Shown: positions 22,401 through 31,452 of the stretch, one piece after another
Position numbering within the stretch: the first letter of the stretch is position 1
Layout of the letters: every line of letters starts with the position of its first letter
From: Flavobacteriales bacterium
GTDB lineage: Bacteria > Bacteroidota > Bacteroidia > CAIKAF01
Assembly (NCBI GenBank): GCA_018401695.1
Contig: JAGYKD010000001.1
Coordinates: 348,016-412,015, forward strand
Direction: 5' to 3'
Length of the DNA stretch: 64,000 nt
Notes under the pieces: model-generated
What the model was told of the DNA's origin: nothing
The model's input: the letters and a program-made list of their open reading frames with translations, nothing else
Databases searched by the model: none
Position numbers and translations under genes: made by a program

Positions 22401-23165
22401 GACAGCCGCAGCAGCATGCCAGACATTGGTGCCGATGAGTTCTTCCTCGCTGCAGACATCAACCTGGGTGCAGACATCAACAAATGTCCCGGAACATCCG
22501 TAACGCTTGACCCCGGTTTCTACAATGGAGCTACCTATTTCTGGAGCACCTTCGATACTACGGCCAGCATTTCGGTTACCACACCCGACGAGTATGTAGT
22601 TCAGGTGGTAGGCAATTGCGCCTCTTCCGAAGACACCATTCAGGTAACAGACATTCCTGCACCGGTGGCTTCCTTTACCGAAACCACCAGCTTCCTAACG
22701 GTAATCTTTAGCAACACCAGCCAGGGCGGCAACAGCAACCTCTGGGACTTTGGCGACGGCAACACCTCTACGCAAATGAGCCCCACCCATGTATACGCTG
22801 CCGAAGGACAGTACACCGTGCAGCTTACCGTAACCGACAGCTGTGGAAGCACTTCTACCTTCGACTTAACGGTAAATCCGGACGACCCCAATACGGGAAT
22901 TGCATCTATCGAAGGTTTGCAAATCACGGCCTTCCCCAATCCAAGCAACGACTGGGTAACCCTTGAATTGAACTCAGATCAGCTCCAAGAGCTGCACATG
23001 AGCCTCAAGGACCTCTCCGGCCGCGAGCTGTGGACCAAAACTACAGGCCAGGTACAAGGCAAGGTGAGCCAGCAAATCCCAATGGGACAGCTAGCTACCG
23101 GAACCTATGTATTGGAAGTACGCTTAGGCGAAAACTCCGCTTCCATGAAGCTGATGAAGCACTAA
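19494..23165 (+). CDS. T9SS cargo protein, a paralog of 15644..19273 (GEVED, beta-helix, PKD, CTD)
   Basis: Same architecture as the upstream gene: PPTAGTATGP...YQWQESANNSTWNDI...YRCVVTCTGQNDTT, GETEDY, beta-helix repeats, DFDGDSRSSMPDIGADEF, a PKD domain (LWDFGDGNTS...YTVQLTVTDSCG) and the CTD LKDLSGRELW...GTYVLEVRLGENSASMKLMKH. Confidence 0.8.
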   Translation: MKAVLFGACLMAGLESNAQTTIQIGSGAVNIVGTGPSPFGSVYEDGRNQFLILGSELNTAGITQGQLTDLAFDVISPPSPTYTNFTVTIGTTTLGNISPFIPLTGAQICYTGVYNPTTGWSTITFQNPYLWTGNDNLVVEVCFDNGSWSSTGSVVGTTTGFTSNAYEFDDGVNGCTMTGAFGSSGLDRPNMQMTWNTNICTAPPTAGTATGPANVCSGANFSVGINGGTSGIGQSYQWQESANNSTWNDITGAINASYSGSQTQASYYRCVVTCTGQNDTTTSHFVDLTPSNICNLCASGASFGGDTYLNGLSLGSINFADATCANYTNNTNLSTVVFQGGNYSGTINHGDCDGGSSYARGVLAFADWNRDGDFSDPGEQLLSVDLPGTSLAGEPLNFTVPQNAVPGTTVLRIIASEDGTSGTSACGNFGFGETEDYTLIIASPPANDAGVTALAQPSIPACALNDTIIIDIENLGTLPLTSADVSLQINGGTPITSTFSGTIASGATGTHQAAITPLNDGDVIKVWTSNPNGVADSLAMNDTLELTVYTSLSGVYTISGTNPDYPDLDSALTDLALRGVCGNVTFNVRAGSYNSNHVLNDFQKNAPTDRVIIQSEDLEADSVEFFYAPLSAADNYVFKIQGDNYTVHALSLRTEGTSFSVVVDGVDANDLEFTHNQVIADTTATNFNFARTALRFNGTRVGDNVHIAHNHIDGGSIGIATFPSSAQNVTTGTIIEHNTIERYGNFGIAAIYENGATIRNNMLSTQSTILTVGITMEISEGNGLMENNHVHFVNDGYGLQMTDVDAGIGNNMRIINNFVTGGDGNSSPEARGINISGTSNNLDVVNNSVHIINGVAASRGIYAADDNIFQYHIVNNNIAMDGPGIPLYVADGGGALLIDYNNLYQSDSTEVAEFGSTTYSSLADLQNAGLGLNSAFVDPGFNLNDLHTCEPGLNMAGLSLPFITADFDGDSRSSMPDIGADEFFLAADINLGADINKCPGTSVTLDPGFYNGATYFWSTFDTTASISVTTPDEYVVQVVGNCASSEDTIQVTDIPAPVASFTETTSFLTVIFSNTSQGGNSNLWDFGDGNTSTQMSPTHVYAAEGQYTVQLTVTDSCGSTSTFDLTVNPDDPNTGIASIEGLQITAFPNPSNDWVTLELNSDQLQELHMSLKDLSGRELWTKTTGQVQGKVSQQIPMGQLATGTYVLEVRLGENSASMKLMKH

Positions 23166-23185
23166 GCATCATAAACACCTGGAAA

Positions 23186-23216
23186 AAAGCTCCGCCTCGG
23201 CGGGGCTTTTTTTTTG
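23186..23216 (+). terminator. rho-independent terminator
   Basis: AGCTCCGCC-TCG-GCGGGGCT stem followed by a 9-T run, 20 nt after the stop. Confidence 0.7.
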
Positions 23217-23263
23217 CCTTGGGGGCAATCTTTTTGGAAAATACGTTTTGAATGGGAAAGGTT

Positions 23264-23287
23264 AGAGACGCAAAATTTTGCGTCTCT
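23264..23287. promoter_or_regulatory. 24-nt perfect palindrome AGAGACGCAAAATTTTGCGTCTCT (copy 1)
   Basis: Perfect dyad. A second copy lies 76 nt downstream. Confidence 0.4.
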
Positions 23288-23337
23288 TCTAGAAATTACA
23301 AATCACAGGCAAAAAAGATGTTCTTCTATTTTTTTAC

Positions 23338-23361
23338 CGAGACGCAAAATTTTGCGTCTCT
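23338..23361. promoter_or_regulatory. palindrome GAGACGCAAAATTTTGCGTCTC (copy 2)
   Basis: 22 of 24 nt identical to copy 1. Sits immediately 5' of repeat R4. Confidence 0.4.
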
Positions 23362-23384
23362 ATTTCAATAAACCCCAAAGCATG

Positions 23385-23575
23385 GCCCCCCGGCCGGGCA
23401 AAGGGCCGGCCGCAGGCTTAGGCTACGGGTGGCGAGGCTGAGGATGCGTAGCTTTGCGGAGCAACCGGAAGCCCGCCAACCGAGCCTAAGCCAAGGCCGA
23501 CCGGAGCCGGGGCCGGCTAGAATACGGAATTGCTTATCGGAGCCGGGGCCCGCCTTCCATGCCTTGGCACAGGCC
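23385..23575 (-). repeat. GC-rich intergenic repeat, copy R4 (subfamily 1)
   Basis: Aligns with R10 through the atggcccccc..gccggc, ggctgaggatg, ccggagc.ggggc and tacgga...ccggggccc blocks. Confidence 0.7.
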
Positions 23576-23622
23576 GGAAATATCCCTAACTTCGCAGCTT
23601 AAGCAATAGGCACAATAGTTTT

Positions 23623-24981
23623 ATGTGGGCAAAAGATATTCTGGAAACCATTGGTAACACCCCTTTGGTTCAATTAAATAAAGTAGTAGAAGGCGTTCCG
23701 GCCACGGTGTTGGCCAAGGTAGAAACCTTTAATCCGGGCAACTCCATTAAAGACCGCATGGCCCTGAAAATGATTGAGGACGCCGAAGCCAACGGCAGGC
23801 TAAAACCGGGCGGAACCATTATTGAGGGAACCTCGGGCAATACCGGCATGGGTTTGGCTATTGCAGCTATCATTAAAGGATACCGCTGCATTTTTACCAC
23901 CACCGACAAACAGTCGCAGGAAAAAATTGATGCGCTTCGGGCGCTGGGTGCCGAAGTGATTGTGTGCCCAACCAACGTAGATCCGGAAGACCCTCGGTCT
24001 TACTATTCGGTGTCCTCTCGTTTGGAAAAAGAAGTTCCTAACTCTTGGAAACCAAACCAGTACGATAACTTAAGCAACAGTCAAGCGCATTACCAATCCA
24101 CCGGCCCCGAAATTTGGGAGCAAAGCGAAGGAAAAATCACCCATTTGGTGGTGGGCGTTGGCACGGGTGGCACCATTTCGGGCACCGCCAAATACCTTAA
24201 AGAGAAAAACCCAAACATTAAAGTTTGGGGTGTTGACTCTTACGGCTCCATTTTCAAAAAATACCATGAAACCGGCATTTTCGATAAGGAGGAGATATAT
24301 CCCTACATTACCGAGGGCATTGGGGAGGATTTTTTGCCAAAGAACGTAGACTTTACCCTGATTGACCATTTTGAAAAGGTCACGGATCGGGATGCTGCCA
24401 TTTGGACCCGTGAAATTGCGCGCAAAGACGGCATATTTGTGGGCAACTCAGCCGGCGCTGCCTTAGGAGCCATCCATCAACTCAAAAAAGAGCTCAAACC
24501 GGAAGACGTTGTTGTGGTTATTTTTCACGACCATGGCATTCGCTATTTGGGTAAAATGTTCAACGATGCCTGGATGCGCGACCGCGGCTTTTTGGACCGA
24601 AAACAAACGACCTTACGGGAGCTTATTTTGAATAAAACCATTCAAAAAGCCATATCGGTGGAAGCCGGCACCAGCGCTTCAGAGGTGTTTAATCTGCTCA
24701 GCGAAAATGGCTTGTCTCAAGTACCGGTGATGGAAGGAAGTCGGCAGGTCGGTTCCATTACCGACAGCTTGCTGTATGCCGCATTGGTAAAAGACCCAAG
24801 CCTTTGCGACAAACCGGTCAGCACCATAATGGGCCAGCCATTCCCTTTTATGGAAGAAGACGATGAAATCCAGGAAGTCGCCGCCAAAATAAACCGTGAA
24901 ACCCATGCCGTGTTGGTAAAAGATGCCATGGGCACCACCTATATTATGACCCGTACCGATATTCTGAATGCTTTGATTTAA
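23623..24981 (+). CDS. cystathionine beta-synthase family protein (PLP-dependent cysteine-synthase fold plus tandem CBS domains)
   Basis: PLP lysine motif NPGNSIKDRMA, the glycine loop GTSGNTGMGLA, and about 130 aa of CBS-pair domain at the C-terminus. Confidence 0.8.
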   Translation: MWAKDILETIGNTPLVQLNKVVEGVPATVLAKVETFNPGNSIKDRMALKMIEDAEANGRLKPGGTIIEGTSGNTGMGLAIAAIIKGYRCIFTTTDKQSQEKIDALRALGAEVIVCPTNVDPEDPRSYYSVSSRLEKEVPNSWKPNQYDNLSNSQAHYQSTGPEIWEQSEGKITHLVVGVGTGGTISGTAKYLKEKNPNIKVWGVDSYGSIFKKYHETGIFDKEEIYPYITEGIGEDFLPKNVDFTLIDHFEKVTDRDAAIWTREIARKDGIFVGNSAGAALGAIHQLKKELKPEDVVVVIFHDHGIRYLGKMFNDAWMRDRGFLDRKQTTLRELILNKTIQKAISVEAGTSASEVFNLLSENGLSQVPVMEGSRQVGSITDSLLYAALVKDPSLCDKPVSTIMGQPFPFMEEDDEIQEVAAKINRETHAVLVKDAMGTTYIMTRTDILNALI

Positions 24982-25784
24982 TGGCTTGGGTGAGCGACCA
25001 AATGGGCTTTGAGCTGGAGGTTTCTTCTCCTCCAAAGCGTATCGTGTCCTTGGTACCCTCCCAAACCGAGCTTTTGGCCTATTTAGGCTTAGAAAAACAG
25101 GTGGTGGGCATTACCCGTTTTTGCATAGAACCGGAGTCCTGGTTCAAGCAAAAAGCCAGGATTGGAGGAACCAAAGACCTGCAAATTGAAAAAATATTGG
25201 CACTTGCCCCGGATTTAGTCCTAGGAAATAAAGAGGAAAACGAGAAAGCTGCCATTGAGGCATTAAAAAAGGAAGTGCCCGTTTGGCTCAGCGATGTGCA
25301 CGACTTGGACTCGGCCCTTAGCATGATTGGACACGTGTCTAAGATATGTGGCAAAGAGGAAGAAGGCTTGGTTTTACAAAAGGCAATCCAAACAGCCTTT
25401 GCCAAGTTGAAACCGCTAAGCCGGCCCAAAAAAGTAGCCTATTTTATTTGGCGCAAGCCTTGGATGTTGGTAGGAAGCAACACCTTTATTGATGCCATGC
25501 TTCAGGGCTTAGGCTTTGAAAATGTAGGGAGGCAATTTTCGGGGCGCTACCCCAGCCTTTCGGACGCCCAACTAAGCGCCTTGGATGCCGACTGGTATTT
25601 ATTGTCTTCGGAACCTTACCCCTTTGGCACAAAACACCAAGAGGAGCTGGAAGCTTTGGTGCAGCCGGGAGGAAAAAGTTGGCTGGTAGACGGTGCTTTG
25701 TTTAGTTGGTATGGCAGTCGGTTGTTGCAAAGTCCCGGCTATTTTTCGCGTCTATTGGCCCAAATAGAGCAAGCTGAGGCATGA
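24981..25784 (+). CDS. helical-backbone periplasmic-binding-protein fold protein (BtuF/TroA-like), no signal peptide
   Basis: IVSLVPSQTELLAYLGL..VVGIT... and DLVLGNKEEN are typical of class III substrate-binding proteins. Its start overlaps the CBS gene stop by 1 nt. Confidence 0.55.
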   Translation: MAWVSDQMGFELEVSSPPKRIVSLVPSQTELLAYLGLEKQVVGITRFCIEPESWFKQKARIGGTKDLQIEKILALAPDLVLGNKEENEKAAIEALKKEVPVWLSDVHDLDSALSMIGHVSKICGKEEEGLVLQKAIQTAFAKLKPLSRPKKVAYFIWRKPWMLVGSNTFIDAMLQGLGFENVGRQFSGRYPSLSDAQLSALDADWYLLSSEPYPFGTKHQEELEALVQPGGKSWLVDGALFSWYGSRLLQSPGYFSRLLAQIEQAEA

Positions 25785-25806
25785 ATTTTGTATCTATCTT
25801 TATGCT

Positions 25807-26298
25807 ATGAGGGTTGTATTGCTTGTGGGCGTGTTAAGCATTTGGATGAGCTGTAAGGTGAGTTTGTCGGGCATTGCCATACCCGAGGAGGCAAAAACAG
25901 TATCGGTGGAGAACTTTGGAAATACTGCCGCCCTTACCAATCCTTCCTTTCCGCAACAAATCACCGAAGATTTGCGAACGCGTTTCATTAGTCAGACCAG
26001 GCTTCTATTGGTGCAAGGGGGTGGTGATTTGCAATTTAAAGGCACCATTAGCAGCTATGCCACCAGTCCGGTGGCGGTTTCGGGCAGCGAAACGGCAGCA
26101 TTGACCCGTCTCACGGTGGGGATTCAAGTAGATTATATCAATACCCTTCAGCCGGAAAAAAGCTTTAAAAAGGGCTTTTCGCGCTTTGCAGATTTTGAAG
26201 CCAGCCAAGCCTTATCGAGTGTTGAGAATGCTTTATTGCAAGAAATTTCGGAGCAATTGATTCAAGACGTATTTAACGAGGCGTTTTTAGATTGGTAA
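25807..26298 (+). CDS. small lipoprotein, candidate LptE-family (LPS assembly) protein
   Basis: Signal peptide with a Cys, then the pattern AKTVSVENF.N.A......FPQQITEDLRTRFISQTRL.LV..GGDLQFKGTI..Y, which resembles Bacteroidota LptE-family proteins. Assigned by recall only. Confidence 0.4.
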   Translation: MRVVLLVGVLSIWMSCKVSLSGIAIPEEAKTVSVENFGNTAALTNPSFPQQITEDLRTRFISQTRLLLVQGGGDLQFKGTISSYATSPVAVSGSETAALTRLTVGIQVDYINTLQPEKSFKKGFSRFADFEASQALSSVENALLQEISEQLIQDVFNEAFLDW

Positions 26299-26299
26299 A

Positions 26300-28744
26300 T
26301 TACGCCCTTAAGCTCACGCCGAGTGCTTCCTGGAGTGCTGTCAACAGGCGGTCGGTTGCCTTTTCGGTTTCCTCGTCGCGAAGGGTACGTTGGGCATCTC
26401 TAAACACCAATCCTATGGCCATAGAAACAAAACCTTCGGGAAGGCCTTTTCCTTGATACACATCAAAGAGCTGCCAAGATTCCAGTTGCTTTCCACCATG
26501 CTTTTTGATTACTGCTTCCATTTTTTCGAAGGGCATATCTTGTGGCACCAAAAGGGCCAAATCTCTTCGCATGGCCGGAAACTTGGGCAGAGGTTTGAGC
26601 TTGGCTTTGGCGTGTGGGGCCAAACTTTTTAGCAACTGCCAACGTATTTCGGCATAATAAACCATTTGCTTAATTCCACACATTTTAGTCAAATCTGGAC
26701 TAACCCAACCCATTGAAGCAAGCAGCTTACCGTCTTTACGGGTGCGCACCGCCAAGCCATGTCCGGGCCAAGGAAGGACATCGGTAGTTTCCCACGTAAT
26801 ATCTTGAATACCTGCCAGGTCCAGCAAGCTTTGCACCCAACCTTTCATTTCATAGATATCGGCAGAAAAGCTTCCTTTTAACCAATGCTCTGGGCCGGAC
26901 TCTCCGGAAGCAACCAGAGCAAGGTGTTCTTCTTCCTGAAAGTGGTCGGTTTGGCGGCTCAAATAACTTCTGCCAAACTCAAACAAACGCAGGTTGAGGT
27001 TGCGGTGATGTACATTTCGAGCCACCGATTGCAGCATGCCGGGTAATAGGCCGGGGCGCATAACAGCCAGCTCTCTGCTTAAAGGATTTTTAAGCGTAAC
27101 CAAAAATTTGGCTTGGTCGGGGTAAGCCGCTTCTGCCAAGTCTTGGGGCAACATGGACAAATGCACCGCCTCAGAAAAGCCTCGCGCGGAAAGCCAAGCT
27201 GTGGTTTTTTCTTTTAAGCGATCCCGCTCAGAAACCATGCTTCTATTGATGCGTATGTCCAAATGTCCTTCCAAGGGGATACGGTCAAAGCCGTAAATTC
27301 TAAGAATCTCCTCGGCAACATCGGCGGGTCGGTGCACGTCGGGACGGAAACCGGGCACCTTAAGACGCCAAGAGCTATGCCGTTCCATTTCACCTTCAAA
27401 GCCTAGCAAACGCAAAATTTCGGAGGCTTCGGTATTGGGTATTTCTACACCTGCCAGGCGATGCAAATAAGGCATTTCAAAAGGCACAAACTTAGGAGCC
27501 GGCATGCCTTTGGTGCTTTGGTCCAGCTCATCACCCTCGGGTTCGCCCTGCAAAATTTCCATAATCATGCGGGCTGCTATGCGCAGTGCTAAAGGAGTTA
27601 TTGCAGGGTCGCAGCCCCTTTCGAATCGGAAGGAAGCATCGGTATGCAAGCCATGCCGCTTGGCCGTCTTTCGGATACTGGCCGGGTTGAACCAAGCAGA
27701 TTCAATAAAAACACGGGTGGTTTGCTCAGAGACCCCGCTGTGTTTTCCACCAAAAACCCCTGCAAGACACATGGCCTTTTGGGCATCGGCAATTACCAAA
27801 TCTTCCTCGCTCAATGCGCGGTCTAGGTCGTCTAGGGTGCGTAAATGTTCGCCCTTTTTTGCTTTCCTTACCACAATTTTACCCCCCTCAATCTTATCGG
27901 CATCAAAGGCATGCAAGGGATGACCCAACAAGAACATAAGGTAATTGGTAACGTCTACCACCGCATTTTGAGGTTTAAGACCAATGGCTTTTAAACGCTG
28001 AGCCAACCATTTTGGGGAGGGCCCCATGCGCAAACCGGTCAAGGTAATGCCGGTGTACCGTCCGCAATCTTGTTCGGCAACAATTTCAAAGCCAATTCCG
28101 GTGCCGGTGCCGGTTAAGGGATGAAAAGCGCGTGGGAAATCCGGCATTTCATAGCTTTTTCCTTGAGTAAAGGCCTTGGCAACAATGTCTCTACAAGCCC
28201 CTAAATGCGAAGCCCCATCAGGGCGGTTCGGGGTTATATTAACGGTGAGAATGTAATCTGTTTCCAACGAGAAATATTGGGCCGCAGGACTTCCGGGAGC
28301 AAGGTCTGTATCCAATACCATAATACCGTCATGACTGCTTCCCAGACCAAGCTCGTCTTCGGCACAAATCATTCCTAGGGATACTTCTCCCCTGATTTTG
28401 CTCTTTTTAATGGCAAGGGGATCGCCCTGACTAGGATACAGGGTAGCACCGGGCAAGGCAACTACCACGGTTTGGCCTTTGGCCACGTTTGGAGCTCCAC
28501 ACACAATTTGCCGAGGGGCTTCCTCGCCGACATCTACCGCACAAAGTTTTAGTTTGTCTGCATTGGGATGCGGAATTGCCTCCAATACCCTCCCCAGAAC
28601 CACCTGCTGCAAACCACCTGGAATTAAATCAAATGGCTCTATTTCTTCTACTTCCAAACCGGAAGAAGTAAGGTAATCGGCAATTTCTTCCGGACTCAAA
28701 TGAGACCTTAACAGTTCGTTTATCCAAGATACTGAAATCTTCAT
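26300..28744 (-). CDS. pheT: phenylalanine--tRNA ligase beta subunit
   Basis: N-terminal tRNA-binding domain (MKISVSWINELL), B3/B4, B5 and FDX-ACB domains over about 814 aa. The ORF extends to 28834. Confidence 0.92.
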   Translation of the reverse strand: MKISVSWINELLRSHLSPEEIADYLTSSGLEVEEIEPFDLIPGGLQQVVLGRVLEAIPHPNADKLKLCAVDVGEEAPRQIVCGAPNVAKGQTVVVALPGATLYPSQGDPLAIKKSKIRGEVSLGMICAEDELGLGSSHDGIMVLDTDLAPGSPAAQYFSLETDYILTVNITPNRPDGASHLGACRDIVAKAFTQGKSYEMPDFPRAFHPLTGTGTGIGFEIVAEQDCGRYTGITLTGLRMGPSPKWLAQRLKAIGLKPQNAVVDVTNYLMFLLGHPLHAFDADKIEGGKIVVRKAKKGEHLRTLDDLDRALSEEDLVIADAQKAMCLAGVFGGKHSGVSEQTTRVFIESAWFNPASIRKTAKRHGLHTDASFRFERGCDPAITPLALRIAARMIMEILQGEPEGDELDQSTKGMPAPKFVPFEMPYLHRLAGVEIPNTEASEILRLLGFEGEMERHSSWRLKVPGFRPDVHRPADVAEEILRIYGFDRIPLEGHLDIRINRSMVSERDRLKEKTTAWLSARGFSEAVHLSMLPQDLAEAAYPDQAKFLVTLKNPLSRELAVMRPGLLPGMLQSVARNVHHRNLNLRLFEFGRSYLSRQTDHFQEEEHLALVASGESGPEHWLKGSFSADIYEMKGWVQSLLDLAGIQDITWETTDVLPWPGHGLAVRTRKDGKLLASMGWVSPDLTKMCGIKQMVYYAEIRWQLLKSLAPHAKAKLKPLPKFPAMRRDLALLVPQDMPFEKMEAVIKKHGGKQLESWQLFDVYQGKGLPEGFVSMAIGLVFRDAQRTLRDEETEKATDRLLTALQEALGVSLRA

Positions 28745-28913
28745 GCGTACAATTGCTACAACTAAGCCACAAAGGTAACCATAAGAATAAACCAGCAGAG
28801 CCCTCTGTGGATGGAAGGGGCATTCGGAATCCAAACAGCAGGCAACATAGGTAGTGGCTTAAAATTCGATGGCAGGAATCTAAAACAGCCTCCGAAGCAT
28901 ATATCTTTGCAGC

Positions 28914-29873
28914 ATGTTGTGCGGTAATGATATAGCTAAAGCCAAAGCCTTATTGGAGGCCGGAGATGTAGTAGCAGTACCCACAGAAACGGTATATGGA
29001 TTGGCCGCCAATGCTCTTAACCCTAAAGCAATAAGCAAAATTTTTAGCGTAAAAGGCCGGCCGGATTTTGACCCCTTAATCGTGCACGCTGCTACAAAAG
29101 AAGCCGCCTTTGCCTGGGCAAAGGACATTCCCGACGAAGCCTTGGCCTTAGCCGAAGCCTTTTGGCCCGGCCCTTTGACTTTGGTATTGCCCAAAATAAA
29201 AGCCATTCCGGCAGAAGTCACCTCTGGCTTGGAGACCGTAGGGCTTCGAGTGCCCAACCATACGATACTGAAACGTTTGCTTGAAACCCTTGACTTCCCC
29301 TTGGCCGCGCCGTCGGCCAACCCCTTTGGCTATATTAGCCCAACCACAGCCGAACATGTGGCCGACCAATTGAGAGATCGCATTCCTTACATTTTAGATG
29401 GAGGCAGCTGCACCATAGGTTTAGAGTCTACAATTGTAGGTTTTGTATCCGGGAGTGCAGTAATTCTGCGCCCCGGACACATAAAAAAAGAGGATATTGG
29501 GCAAGTGCTTGGCTACATACCGGAACGCAGCGAGAGTCCCGGGGAAAGGCCGGCGGCTCCCGGCATGTTGAGCAGTCATTATTCCCCAAAAACACCTATG
29601 GAATGGATGGAGGGAAAACACTTACCCAAAAGGAAGGAAGGAGCCTTGTATTTTTCGAACCGCCCCCAAGGAATGTATGGTTCCTATGAAATTTTGAGCG
29701 AACAAGGTAGCTTAATGGAGGCTGCACGAAGGCTGTATGGCTGCCTAAGAAACCTGGATAAACTAGGTCTACAGAAAATATGGGTGGAAATTATTCCAGA
29801 AGGTATAGGAAATGCAGAGGCACTCAAAGACCGGTTGAACAGAGCAGTAGGCAAGGCACCCTTCACCCCTTAG
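28914..29873 (+). CDS. tsaC: L-threonylcarbamoyladenylate synthase (Sua5/YrdC/TsaC family with C-terminal Sua5 domain)
   Basis: YrdC motif VVAVPTETVYGLAANAL...KGRP, and a C-terminal extension of about 120 aa. Confidence 0.85.
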   Translation: MLCGNDIAKAKALLEAGDVVAVPTETVYGLAANALNPKAISKIFSVKGRPDFDPLIVHAATKEAAFAWAKDIPDEALALAEAFWPGPLTLVLPKIKAIPAEVTSGLETVGLRVPNHTILKRLLETLDFPLAAPSANPFGYISPTTAEHVADQLRDRIPYILDGGSCTIGLESTIVGFVSGSAVILRPGHIKKEDIGQVLGYIPERSESPGERPAAPGMLSSHYSPKTPMEWMEGKHLPKRKEGALYFSNRPQGMYGSYEILSEQGSLMEAARRLYGCLRNLDKLGLQKIWVEIIPEGIGNAEALKDRLNRAVGKAPFTP

Positions 29874-30357
29874 AACCGGAACTAAGCGAACAACTCAACA
29901 ATTGTCCATCGCTGGCAAAACCCAAGCCTTGGAGCAAGTCTTGCCAACCACCTGTATAGGCATTTGGGTCGGTAGATACTTTTATCACTTTAAGCGTTTT
30001 AAAGCAAAAATATAAGATTTCACGAAACGCTTCTTCCCAGGCCGGAGCTACAAAAGGTTCTTGGTAAACAAGCACATTAAGCGTACAACGGCCCTGCTTA
30101 AAATCGCCTTCCAAGGCCAACACGCCCTGAACGCTTCGGGTTTCGTTGTCAATGGCCATCCAATACACCCCTTGCCCTTCGTGGTAGGCGCGCATAAGTT
30201 GGTGAATCAGTTGTCGAAAGCTCTTTTCTTCTTTGGCGCGGTTGAGAAAAACGGCCTGATCGTTTTGCCAAAACTGCGCATCCATAATGGCCGGCTGCCT
30301 TAGTAAAAAGGCTTGGGTTTGAACCCTTGGAAAATATGGAAATGGGGGCTCATACAT
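29863..30357 (-). CDS. putative GNAT-family N-acetyltransferase
   Basis: 164 aa with an acyl-CoA N-acyltransferase-like beta-alpha pattern. A weak call. Confidence 0.35.
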   Translation of the reverse strand: MYEPPFPYFPRVQTQAFLLRQPAIMDAQFWQNDQAVFLNRAKEEKSFRQLIHQLMRAYHEGQGVYWMAIDNETRSVQGVLALEGDFKQGRCTLNVLVYQEPFVAPAWEEAFREILYFCFKTLKVIKVSTDPNAYTGGWQDLLQGLGFASDGQLLSCSLSSGSKG

Positions 30358-30672
30358 AAGCCATTTCCTTATGGGTTTTTTGCCTTATCGAGGGAACACT
30401 CAAAGAAAAATTGACACTACCTTTCCTAAATACAAAAAAGGAATTCCAAAATTTGTAAACGAGGGCTTCTAAAAAAATCATGCCGGTGTTCGAAAGGGAA
30501 TAGTGCTTATTTTTCAATGTATGAAATTAGTAAACTAAAAACCAAATCAAAAGCCTAGATTGTCAATAAATTGTTGTGCATTTCTGCTTTTTGGCTCATA
30601 CACTATCCCTAATAGGTAATTTCTAGAAATAAGCCTAAGCCAATAAGCTTTGTATCTTCGAAAAAAAAAGCC

Positions 30673-31452
30673 ATGAACTTCAATAATCTCCTTTTAGAAA
30701 AAAGTGAAGGCATAGCCCTGCTTACCATTTCTCGCCCGGAAAAACTAAATGCCCTGAACAAACAAACCATTGAAGAGCTGAGTGCGGCTTTGGACATGTT
30801 AAGAGAAGACCCTTCTGTGCGCCTTTTGGTAATAACGGGCAGTGGCGAAAAAGCCTTTGTAGCCGGAGCTGATATTTCAGAATTTGCCGATTTTAATCCA
30901 TCGCAAGGCAAAGCACTCGCTGCCGAAGGCCAACAAAAGCTTTTTGACAAGGTAGCGCGCTTTTCTAAACCCGTAATTGCAGCTATCAATGGCTTTGCCT
31001 TGGGAGGAGGTCTTGAACTGGCCATGGCCGCACATGTGAGGGTAGCCTCGGAAAATGCGAAAATGGGATTGCCGGAGCTAAGTTTGGGACTCATTCCCGG
31101 CTATGGGGGCACCCAACGCCTGGCCGAGCTCATTGGCAAAGGACGGGCCTTTGAATGGCTGTTTTCTGCAGGCATGTGGTCGGCCCAAGATGCTCTTTCC
31201 TATGGTTTGGTAAATCATGTGGTTCCTCAAAATGAGCTCATAGATACCGCCAGGTCTTTGGCTAAAAAGTTTATGAAAAACTCCTCCATGGCCATGTCCG
31301 CTACCATCCAAGCTGTGAATGCCGGTTACGAAGATGGTGTAAATGGGTATACCATCGAAGTAAACTTATTTGGCCAACTGTTTGGCACACCGGAATTCAA
31401 GGAGGGCACAGAAGCTTTTTTGCAAAAACGAAAACCCGATTTCAATCGCTAA
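30673..31452 (+). CDS. enoyl-CoA hydratase/isomerase (crotonase family)
   Basis: FVAGADISEF and GFALGGGLELAMAAHVRVASENAKMGLPELSLGLIPGYGGTQRL. Confidence 0.85.
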   Translation: MNFNNLLLEKSEGIALLTISRPEKLNALNKQTIEELSAALDMLREDPSVRLLVITGSGEKAFVAGADISEFADFNPSQGKALAAEGQQKLFDKVARFSKPVIAAINGFALGGGLELAMAAHVRVASENAKMGLPELSLGLIPGYGGTQRLAELIGKGRAFEWLFSAGMWSAQDALSYGLVNHVVPQNELIDTARSLAKKFMKNSSMAMSATIQAVNAGYEDGVNGYTIEVNLFGQLFGTPEFKEGTEAFLQKRKPDFNR

